From positions 2,420,001 through 2,484,000 of the forward strand of contig OZ249436.1 of NCBI GenBank assembly GCA_965235115.1: 64,000 bases of DNA. The letters run 5' to 3'. This document shows positions 24,687 through 34,900 of this stretch, piece after piece. The stretch is from Laetmonice hystrix. Its lineage: Eukaryota. Position numbers and translations under genes: made by a program. Under the pieces are notes generated by a model that saw nothing but the letters and a program-made list of their open reading frames with translations, had not been told where the DNA came from and made no database searches. Numbering within the stretch: the stretch's first letter is position 1; every line of letters starts with the position of its first letter.

Positions 24687-24866
24687 AAGGTATGTGTTTG
24701 TTTCCTGTGTGGACTAGAAGGACATATACACAGTAAGTGTCCACATATCATGTGCATAAACTGCCTCACCTTTAGCCATGGCAGGCGGCGTTGTACAGAG
24801 CTCCGGGGACCTCCAGCATATACTCAGAAATGTAGTCGTTGTGGAATGAAAGGCCATTTAAAACAG
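24687..24866 (+). CDS. ZCCHC7: ZCCHC7-like exon 4 (CFLCGLEGHIHSKC, CINCLTFSHGRRRC, CSRCGMKGHLKQ; knuckles 2-4)
   Basis: ttacag| ... |gtaact, 180 nt in frame. Not present in the supplied ORF track; translated by hand. Confidence 0.92.
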
Positions 24867-25022
24867 GTAACTCAATTTGTTTTAATCCTGTATCACTGAC
24901 ACATTCTCCAGGCACTAACATAGTCATAGGCCTTAGAAATTTGTGGCAGCCTGAAAGTCTAAAATTAAAGACTTCAATTAAAAAAACGTATGAGCTCACC
25001 ATTCATTATTAACTATTTTCAG

Positions 25023-25058
25023 AATTGCCCTGAATGGTGGAGGCAGTATCATATCACG
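25023..25058 (+). CDS. ZCCHC7: ZCCHC7-like exon 5 (NCPEWWRQYHIT; Air1/2 IWRxY-type motif)
   Basis: ttttcag| ... |gtaagt, 36 nt. WRQYH is the conserved ZCCHC7/Air motif. Confidence 0.92.
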
Positions 25059-25493
25059 GTAAGTCGTTGGTTTTGGTAGGATTGTCTATTGCCCAAGTCA
25101 CTTTGTGATGACTTAATGGGGAACATTAGCTCGGCAAAATCTGGAGTTACCTCTTTTTCTATTGACAGAGCAAGAGTTTTGATGGTTTAAAAAAAAATTA
25201 TTTTTCAAAAATTAACCAGGTGACCAGCTGTATTGACTAGTTTGTCGATGTTACTGAAGTGCTAATTTGTCTTTAGCTGATCACATGGAGGGTTTTGACA
25301 GAGGATTTGAAGGGTGTTATGAGCGGTTGAGTTGCTCCTCCTTGGTCTAGTACAACCGTATCCAGCCCAGTGAGGGCAACTAGCCACCCAGCAGGGTACA
25401 CGTCCTTTCATTCGGCAAGACATAGCTTCCCATTGATGTAAAATTATTTTCGGTATTTGATCTACTAATTTAATTTTCATTATGCAATTACAG

Positions 25494-25595
25494 ACTAAAG
25501 CAGGCCCGTTACAGAGACCCTCTGGGAAGGCAAAAGGTCGCATCAATAAGAATGTATCCTGTTATGTGTGCGCCAAGCGAGGACACTTTGGTTAC
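25494..25595 (+). CDS. ZCCHC7: ZCCHC7-like exon 6 (TKAGPLQRP...CYVCAKRGHFGY; knuckle 5)
   Basis: ttacag| ... |gtaagt, in frame. Confidence 0.92.
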
Positions 25596-25797
25596 GTAAG
25601 TAGTCTGAATATCCAATCCTTTTCTGTCACTATAAATTATTTCAACTGTGTTTTTTAATACATGTATTGTTGTTTGCAAACATCACTTACTGTACACTTG
25701 GCATCATATTTTACAACTTACAGTAAGTTACTTGTTATTACAATATTGAATGTTAACATAGTGAGAAGATGTTATAACACTATGTTTGATCTTACAG

Positions 25798-25924
25798 GAG
25801 TGTAGTCGTCCCAGTATGAATGGCCTTAGGCTGCGTCCTCCACCCTTTGTCACCAGTTACAGCCTGGAGCCAAATGTCAGGGAGGTGAGAACTTGGAGTA
25901 CCTACAAAACAAGGCTTCACTCAG
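25798..25924 (+). CDS. ZCCHC7: ZCCHC7-like exon 7 (ECSRPSMNGLRLRPPPFVTSY...RLHS)
   Basis: cttacag| ... |gtaaaa. Supplies the final Cys of knuckle 5. Confidence 0.85.
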
Positions 25925-26011
25925 GTAAAAACAATCATTTCTTACTGTAGGAAGGTTACCATATCACTGTTATTATACTTGGCCAAACTATGCATAGAGG
26001 TGCATTTCAGG

Positions 26012-26630
26012 ACCAATGTCAGACCAAAGATACCAGACCCTACAACCAACAGTCAGCCTGTCCCGACGCCAGTTGGATGGTCCAACCAATGTCAGACCAA
26101 AAATACCAGACCCTACAAGCAACAGTCAGCCTGTCCCGACGCCAGTTGGATGGTCCAACCAATGTCAGACCAAAAATACCAGACCCTACAAGCAACAGTC
26201 AGCCTGTCCCGACGCCAGTTGGATGGTCCAACCAATGTCAGACCAAAAATACCAGACCCTACAAGCAACAGTCAGCCTGTCCCAACGCCGGTTGGATGGT
26301 CCAACCAATGTCTGACCAAATATACCAGGGCCCAGTCTTTTTGTTTACTTTTCCACCATGAGCAAGGGTGAGCTGAGCTGAGCAAGGGTGAGCATGAGCT
26401 CATTCTCACCGTTTTCTTGTTTTTTTTGGGTTGCTTTTTTCCATGAGATGTGCTCATGGTAAGCAAGCTCGCGGAAAAACACCCCAAAGAGTGAAAACGG
26501 TGAGCAAAACGGTGAGCATGAGCTTCTACTCACGCTTGCTCAGCTCAGCTCACCCTTGCTTACGGTGGAAAAGTAAACAAAAAAAACGGGCCCTGACCTT
26601 ACAACCAAGAGTCAGCCTGTCCCGACGCCT
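26012..26630. repeat. 73-bp minisatellite (4 full copies plus a fifth split by a MITE)
   Basis: Units start at 26012, 26085, 26158, 26231 and 26304. The fifth unit resumes at about 26596. Confidence 0.93.
26329..26592. mobile_element. Harbinger-like foldback MITE (CWG target)
   Basis: cag|GGCCC...GGGCC|ctg with long imperfect TIRs (ttttgtttacttttccacc..agcaagggtgagctgagctgagcaag and its inverse). It is inserted at the CAG of the 73-bp unit. Confidence 0.82.
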
Positions 26631-26863
26631 TTCAATGGGGATTTTCTTGTATAACAGGATAATGAAGTACTGAAATGCATACGTGAATTGATATTGTGTG
26701 TACCGGTATTTGGAATGACAGTAATAGAAAAGAAAATACTTCCCCTCAAGCAAAAAAAGGTTGATAACTGTGGATTCTGGGATTCGGTACAGCCGATTGT
26801 CAAGTTGAGATGCATTCCTATTTCATTATACCAATGTAACTGAATTAATGTTCTTACATACAG

Positions 26864-27337
26864 ACCAACCTGGATCCAAGAGGCGATCTCGGGATGGAGG
26901 GCGGCCCAAGAGGAAACTGACCCAGAGTGAGAGGTTGGAGGCCGAGTACACAGGGCGACCAGCACGTTCCCAGAACCAAAACAGTTCTAATCGTCGTCAA
27001 ACTGGTTCCAGACTCACTCAGTCTGACCAAAAGCGTTCCAGCCAAACTCGTTCTAGACTCACTCAGTCTGACCACAAGAGTCCTGGCTGGAGTCAGACAA
27101 CCAGAAAACAGAAGGCAGTAAAAGTTGAGGTGAAACATTCAGGGGACTTCCCACGCCGCACCATCACAGTTGACAGCGGGAGGGGGAAAAGGAAAGCTAA
27201 GCCCGTGTCTGTTGACCAAAACACTCTACCCTCATCGAGGAAGAGAAAATCTGATGATTTCTGTGACGTGAAGAGAAAAGTGAAATGTTACGACAGAGAG
27301 CGTGTGACAGCTGAAAGTCAGTTGGATAACTCGACAG
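26864..27337 (+). CDS. ZCCHC7: ZCCHC7-like exon 8 (basic, low-complexity region with repeated xLTQS[DE] motifs)
   Basis: acatacag| ... |gtaggt, phase 1 at both ends, open frame. Confidence 0.78.
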
Positions 27338-27576
27338 GTAGGTCTGATCAAATCACAGGAATAACCAACAACTTATTACTGGGTACATGGTTAAACTGAA
27401 AAAAAAATCAAATGTTTTACAAAGTCGCCTTGCAATATCTGTAGTCTGTGCCATGAGATGACACTATTATCACAAAAAGTGAGATTGTGTAATCTAACAT
27501 TTTTAATAAATAGGATTTAATCATCTTATTGCTTCAGAAGTGAGCATGAGCATGTTTAATTGATTTTTCTTTTCAG

Positions 27577-27644
27577 GTGAAAAACGTAATGGAAGAAAGA
27601 AGAAGGCTTTCATATCCTCTAGAGGGTTCAAAGGTAGCAAATGA
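27577..27644 (+). CDS. ZCCHC7: ZCCHC7-like last exon (GEKRNGRKKKAFISSRGFKGSK*)
   Basis: Strong acceptor tttttcttttcag| and TGA at 27642-27644. The spliced CDS totals 2040 nt (679 aa). Confidence 0.75.
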
Positions 27645-27854
27645 TTTATTGCTTCTCTCAGTCATGAAGGGAACTTTCACAAATCTGGAGATATCGGACT
27701 TGGTGGGTTGTACAGTTATCGGAGGACCGGTGATAGACTGGACGACATACTGACAAGTTTGAGAAATATTTGAGGAATATTTATGTGACCAGCAAATACA
27801 GACATTTATTTTGTGTGGTAACTTGTGTGAGAATACGGAGGGCATTTCCCCTGA

Positions 27855-27860
27855 AATAAA
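27855..27860 (+). terminator. PolyA signal of the ZCCHC7-like gene
   Basis: AATAAA about 210 nt after the stop codon, with a GT-rich tract at about 27887-27900. Confidence 0.65.
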
Positions 27861-27900
27861 AAATGAAATATCTTTAAAACCTGACATTTTGTTGTTTTAT

Positions 27901-28302
27901 TGCATTCCTGGGTACTGTTGGGTAGTAAAACCCACACAAACGTTGAATGTACATCAGTACTGTCCCAAGGTTCCTTGCATTCCTTGGTACTGTTGGGTAG
28001 TAAAACGCACACAAACGTTGAATGTACATCAGTACTGTTCCAAAGTTCCTTGCATTCCTGGGTACTGTTGGGTAGTAAAACCCACATAAACGTTGAATGT
28101 ACATCAGTACTGTTCCAAAGTTCCTTGCATTCCTTGGTACTGTTGGGTAGTAAAACTCGCACAAACGTTGAATGTACATCAGTACTGTCCCAAGGTTCCT
28201 TGCATTCCTGGGTACTGTTGGGTAGTAAAACTCGCACAAACGTTGAATGTACATCAGTACTGTCCCAAGGTTCCTTGCATTCCTGGGTACTGTTGGGTAG
28301 TT
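27901..28302. repeat. 75-bp minisatellite, about 5.3 copies
   Basis: Seen directly, immediately downstream of the polyA signal. Confidence 0.95.
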
Positions 28303-28947
28303 AAACGCTGAAATAGCTGACAATACACAGAGTATTTTGACCCAAGCGTCTGAGTCCCGATTCTCTCTGACAGTCGAAGCATAAATCAAGTATAACTTGA
28401 AAACTATCGTGATTTTATCGTTTGTTGTATCGTGATACGTATCCTATCGTGGCACATGCAAGTGTATCGTTTCAGCCCTACTAAATCCCATGAAAGAAAG
28501 GATCACCTAATATTTTTTAATCAATGTCTTGCAGACTGGCAGAAGACAATGCCTTTAGAAGGGTTTCCTATAGCTTGCCCCAGCTGAACACCTGAGACTC
28601 GCGCTGGCCACGGTAAAACTGGACTTCACACGGAAGGTTTATAGAAAACAACCACTCGTGTCCATTTATTGCCCAATAGAATTAGCCAATCCGGTTGGAA
28701 ATAAAAGGAGATCCTTTAAGTATGTCGAATTGTGGGTGGCGGCGTGGCGGGGGTTATGGTCAGTGGATCCTTCCACGGAGAGAAGAGAAAGTTCACACAG
28801 GTCAGGTGAGATGTCTGACAAAAATATGACTGTGAATTTCTCTAAAAGATGTATGCCCTGTCCATCCTGACTTAACTGAAACACCCGTCGCCGCAAAGAC
28901 AATATCAGGGTCAATATTGGGGAACTATAGGTCCAATATTATTTTTT

Positions 28948-31748
28948 TAGCCCCCAAACCCATCGGGTTTTGGGGGCTGATGATTCACCCTCTGTCCGTT
29001 TCGTCCGGTCCGTTTCTCGTCCGTCCGTCCGTCCGTCCGTCCGTCCGTCCGTCCGTCCGTCCGTCCGTCCGTCCGTCCGTCCGTCCGTCCGTCCGTCCGT
29101 CCGTCCGTCCGTCCGTCCGTCCGTCCGTCCGTCCGTCCGTCCGTCCGTCCGTCCGTCCGTCCGTCCGTCCGTCCGTCCGTCCGTCCGTCCGTCCGTCCGT
29201 CCGTCCGTCCGTCCGTCCGTCCGTCCGTCCGTCCGTCCGTCCGTCCGTCCGTCCGTCCGTCCGTCCGTCCGTCCGTCCGTCCGTCCGTCCGTCCGTCCGT
29301 CCGTCCGTCCGTCCGTCCGTCCGTCCGTCCGTCCGTCCGTCCGTCCGTCCGTCCGTCCGTCCGTCCGTCCGTCCGTCCGTCCGTCCGTCCGTCCGTCCGT
29401 CCGTCCGTCCGTCCGTCCGTCCGTCCGTCCGTCCGTCCGTCCGTCCGTCCGTCCGTCCGTCCGTCCGTCCGTCCGTCCGTCCGTCCGTCCGTCCGTCCGT
29501 CCGTCCGTCCGTCCGTCCGTCCGTCCGTCCGTCCGTCCGTCCGTCCGTCCGTCCGTCCGTCCGTCCGTCCGTCCGTCCGTCCGTCCGTCCGTCCGTCCGT
29601 CCGTCCGTCCGTCCGTCCGTCCGTCCGTCCGTCCGTCCGTCCGTCCGTCCGTCCGTCCGTCCGTCCGTCCGTCCGTCCGTCCGTCCGTCCGTCCGTCCGT
29701 GAACAGCGATATCTCAGAAACGTGCGGAACAATCATTTTCATATTTGAACACAAGATCAGGTACCATCCTGGCATGATGCACGCCAAAAGATTTTTTGAT
29801 ACGATACAAGATGGCCGCCTGGCAGCCATATTGGTGAAATACACATTTACAGCGATATCTCTGTTAAAGGTGCTATTCGTCTCGCACAGAATGGCATTTC
29901 TCCTATCATACATTGTGCACATAGTACTAGAAAAAATTCCTACCGATACCATTGGCCTGATAAACCTTCTATTAGTTTGTGTGCAGCATTTGAAACCTAT
30001 CTCGGTGCGCACCGAGATAGAGCCATTTCCTATGGTGGGGCGTGTTAGGGTCTCCACAGGCCTTCTGAGAGAGCCCCATTTGTGCCGTTATCCATGAAAA
30101 ATTTTGATTTCCTTGGTTGTGAATCTATTTCCATGATAGGTGGGATCACATAAACGTCAACAAAATTAAAAATTAAAAAATTGAATTTTTGTTCACGAAT
30201 AGCACCTTTAAAAGAATACCATTTTCATTCAAACTTGGCACAACGATAGGGGTTCATGGGGCAAACATACACGTCATTTTGTTTTCAGTTCGGATCCAAT
30301 ATGGCCGATCGGCAGCCATGTTTGTGTTGTTGGCAATGTCATTAGACTTTAGTGGTGTATAACTTGACAATGAGGCGAGGTGTGGGTAAAGTTACTATGG
30401 GGAGCGAATAGGAAGTCATATATGAGGAATCTTTTGACACCATTATATTTGACCTTGGGTTGCCATTGTAAGGTCATTTGAGGTCAGGTGTTTATTAATG
30501 ATCACTATGTCAGAAATGGTGTTCTTTAAGTCCTTTAGTGCTACGATGCATTATGCAAAGGGAGACTTATATTACAATTCACCATGATTAAGATTTTGAA
30601 GAGTGCGTCCAAGATGGCCGCTCGACAGCCATATTGGCAAAATAGACATATACAGGCATATCTCTGTTAAAAGAATACCATTTTCATTCAAACTTGGCAC
30701 AACGATAGGGGTTCATGGGGCAAACATACACGTCATTTTGTTTTCAGTTTGGATCCAATATGGCCGATCGGCAGCCATGTTTGTGTTGTTGGCAATGTCA
30801 TTAGACTTTAGTGGCGTATAACTTGACAATGGGGCGAGGTGTGGGTAAAGTTACTATGGGGAGCGAATAGGAAGTCATATATGAGGAATCTTTTGACACC
30901 ATTATATTTGACCTTGGGTTGACATTTCAAGGTCATTTGAGGTCAGGTGTTATTTATAGATTAGGAAGTCATATAATTATGAAGTTTCATTTGGCGCCAT
31001 TTTCCATGACCGTGAGCGACCTTGAAAGGTCAATCAAGGTCATGCATTTTTTCAATAGCCTGGATCTTCAAAACAGTTGAGGATGCAGGTCAATGACATT
31101 TTTGACATCAGTCAAAATGGCCGTGTGGTGGCCATCTTGGATATAAACACATTTGGAGCAATACCTCAGACAAAACGATCCTGATGTCTTTAAAATTTGG
31201 TGGAAAGAAGGTGCATATGAGGGGCAATGTGCGTGCCAATACATTGCCAGATCAGAGCAAATATGGCGGCATGGCGGCCATATTAATATCCCCCCCCCCA
31301 ATAACACTGTTTTGGCTCATATCTCGAAAACGGTGCAATATAAGGCAATAGTTACTATTATTGACAGATAGAAAGTCATATATGAAGTTTGATTTGGCGC
31401 CATTTTCCATGACCTTGAGCGACCTTGAAAGGTCATGCATATTTTAATGGCCTGTACCTGCAAACCAGTTGAAGATAACAGCATCTAATCTTGCCTGAAA
31501 CATTACATAATAACCAGGGACAGTCTATAGGGAGGACACAGGTCAAACATATCATTAAAAATGGCTGCTTCGTGGCCATCTTGGATATAAAGAAATTCGA
31601 AGCAATAACTCTGACATTTTCTGGATTTCGTTCTTGCTGACAGAAAGCATGAGGGGTAACAAGCGTGCCAAAAGTACACATAGTTCCTGGACCCACAGAA
31701 AATTTGTTCCTACTCAGTTGGGGGCTGTGACTCCGACGGGGTCTAGTT
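28948..31748 (+). mobile_element. Non-autonomous Helentron (HINE/DINE-1-like) element
   Basis: Starts in a T-run. 5' palindrome agcccccaaaccc..gggttttgggggct, (TCCG)n, internal tandem blocks with a period of about 460 bp (30208 vs 30667) and aagatggccg/cagccat motifs, 3' subTIR gggggct (31720), short hairpin gactcc-gac-ggggtc and terminal CTAGTT (31743-31748). Confidence 0.85.
29018..29700. repeat. (TCCG)n microsatellite, about 170 uninterrupted units
   Basis: Seen directly. Confidence 0.99.
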
Positions 31749-31759
31749 AACTGGAAATC

Positions 31760-31805
31760 CTGGGGGGGGGGGAGTTGCCCCCTCGCCCCCCAGGCTACGG
31801 CCCTG
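31760..31805. mobile_element. Probable orphan right end of a hAT-like MITE (..gccccccaggctacggccctg)
   Basis: The inverse reads CAGGGCCGTAGCC, typical of hAT termini. The matching left end was not found. Confidence 0.35.
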
Positions 31806-31901
31806 CGTTCAGTTCGAGGGTGGGTGGGTATTTTGCTGGTTCAGTTCGAAATCTGGCACACGGGTCGATGGCGATCCCCATTTATTTTCATCAATGTATT
31901 T

Positions 31902-34900
31902 CATTTTTGATACGTCAAATTGAAACTACGCCCCCCAAAATTATGATTCTTAGGCCAGATGTATAACTGTCAAACTACCTCACTGTAGTGTTTGTATGGG
32001 TACTAGGCCAGCCGGTAAGATGTAGGGGCTTCTCACTCTACTGGTTGGCCTTCCCCACTGCTTGGCCCCACAGTGTAGACTACTGTTTGGCCTCACTGTA
32101 GGCCTACTCTTTGGCCTCACTGTAGTGTTCGCTTGGGTGCTAGGCCAGACAGTATACCTTGTAGCCATTCCTCCCTGTACTGTTTGGCCTTCCTCTACCG
32201 TTTGCTTGTATACAAGAGTAGCCAGTAGTATAGGGACGCCTCATGTTTCATGTTTCCATGCCTTTATTGTCCAGGAGGAAGGCCATCCGTTTCGTCTATC
32301 ATCTTCTCCCATCTAATCTATGTCCCCTACAGACCATCTGTAAGTGTCCGACAACGTTGTCAGGTCGTCCCAATGACTGTTTGCCGTAAAGCTTTAGTTA
32401 ACAATGGAAAATGACGTTGTACGCCTTTTCTATATCAGATATCCCATCCTCAAGTAACAAACAAACAAAGGAAGGTTACCGAGATTTTCCAGGCAAGAAA
32501 CAACAGGGTGCAGCACAACTCCACTGAAGCGGAGGGGGGGGGGGGGGGTCCCCGACTGCACTGCTACCTTGCGGCTAGCGGTGGAATCACCACGTACTGC
32601 CAGGCACCTGTGGCTCTGAGGCGAGAGACAGGTTAAGGCAATGATAAGCGAAAAATGGCTACATTTTTGATACGTTAAATTGAAACTAAGCCTCCCAAAA
32701 CTATGATTCTTAGGCCAGATGTACGACTGTCAAACGTATAGGTCTCGTACGTTCGCTACAGATATATGGTTGTGATGTGTACACTTCGCATTTGAGTATC
32801 TTCTCCAGATGTTAGCATTAGATGCTCCTCGCCTGTACCTTTCATTTCCACTACCTCACTGTAGTATTTGCATGGGTACTAGGCCAGCCGGTAAGATTTA
32901 ATGATTTCTCACTCTACTGGTTGGCCTTCCCCACTGCTTGGCCCCACAGTGTACTGTTTGGCCTCACTGTAGGCCTACTCTTTGGCCTCACTGTAGTGTT
33001 CGCTTGGGTGCTAGGCCAGACAGTATACCTTGTAGCGATTCCTCCCTTACTGTTTGGTCTTCCTCTACCGTTTGCTTGTATACAAGAGTAGCCAGTAGTA
33101 TAGGGACGCCTCATGTTTCATGTTTCCATGCCTTTATTGTCCAGGAGGAAGGCCATCCGTTTCGTCTATCAATTACTCCCATCTAATCTATGTCCCCTAC
33201 AGACCATCTGTAAGCGTCCGACAACGTTGTCAGGTCGTCCCAATGACTGTTTGCCGTAAAGCTTTAGTTAACAATGGAATATGACGTTGTACGCCTTTTC
33301 TATATCAGATATCCCATCCGCAAGTAACAAACAAACAAAGGAAGGTTACCGAGATTTTGCAGGCAAGAAACACCAGGGTGCAGCACAACTGCACTGAAGC
33401 GGGGGGGGGGGGGGGGGTCCGACTGCACTGCTACCTTCCGGCTAGCGGTGGAATCACCACGTACTGGCAGGCACCTGTGGCTCTGAGGCGAGAGACAGGT
33501 TAGGGCAATGATAAGCGAAAAAATGCTACATTTTTGATGCGTCAAATTGAAACTAAGCCTCCCAAAATTATGATTCTTAGGCCAGATGTACGACTGTCAA
33601 ACGTATAGGTCTCGTACGTTCGCTACAGATATATGGTTGTGATGTGTACACTTCGCATTTGAGTATCTTCTCCAGATTTTAACGTTAGATGCTCCTCGCC
33701 TGTACCTTTCATTTCCACTACCTCACTGTAGTGTTTGCACCTTTCATTAGGCCAGCCGGTAAGATTTAACGATTTTCCACTCTACTGGTTGGCCTTCCCC
33801 ACTGCTTGGCCCCACAGCATACTGTTTGGCCTCACTGTAGGCCTACTCTTTGGCCTCACTGTAGTGTTCGCTTGGGTGCTAGGCCAGACGGTATGCCTTG
33901 TAGCCATTCCTCCCTGTACTGTTTGGTCTTCCTCTACCGTTTGCTTGTATACAAGAGTAGTCAGTAGTATAGGGACGCCTCATGTTTTATGTTTCCATGC
34001 CTTTATTGTCCAGGAGGAAGGCCATCCGTTTCGTCTATCATCTACTCCCATCTAATCTATGTCCCCCACAGACCATCTGTAAGCGTCCGACAATGTTGTC
34101 AGGTCGTCCCAATGACTGTTTGCCGTAAGGCTTTAGTTAACAATGGAAAATGACGTTGTACGCCTTTTCTATATCAGATATCCCATCCCCAAGTAACAAA
34201 CAAACAAAGGAAGGTTACCGAGATTTTGCAGGCAAGAAACACCAGGGTGCAGCACAACTCCACTGAAGCGGAGGGGCGGGGGTCCCCGACTGCACTGCTA
34301 CCTTGCGGCTAGCGGTGGAATCACCACGTACTGGCAGGCACCTGTGGCTCTGAGGCGAGACACAGGTTAAGGCAATGATAAGCGAAAAATGGCTACATTT
34401 TTGATACGTCAAATTGAAACTAAGCCTCCCAAAACTATGATTCGTAGGCCAGATGTACGACTGTCAAAGATATAGGTCTCGTACGTTCGCTACAGCTATA
34501 TGGTTGTGATGTGTACACTTCCCATTTGAGCATGTTCTCCAGATTTTAACATTAGATGCTCCTCGCCTGTACCTTTCATTTCCACTACATCACTGTAGTG
34601 TTTGCACCTTTCATTAGGCCAGTCGGTAAGATTTAAGGATTTCTCACTCTACTGGTTGGCCTTCCCCACTGCTTGGCCCCACAGTGTACTGTTTGGCCTC
34701 ACTGTAGGCCTACTCTTAGGCCTCACTGTAGTGTTCGCTTTGGTACTTGGCCAGACAGTATACCTTGTAGCCATTCCTCCATGTACTGTTTGGTCTTCCT
34801 CTACCATTTGCTTGTATACAAGAGTAGCCAGTAGTATAGGGACGCCTCATGTTTCATGTTTCCATGCCTTTATTGTCCAGGAGGAAGGCCATCCGTTTCG

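Noticed and set aside
28917..30097. Long RPSV / TDGR repeat ORFs
   Set aside because: They are translations of the (TCCG)n microsatellite, which has no stop codons in any frame.
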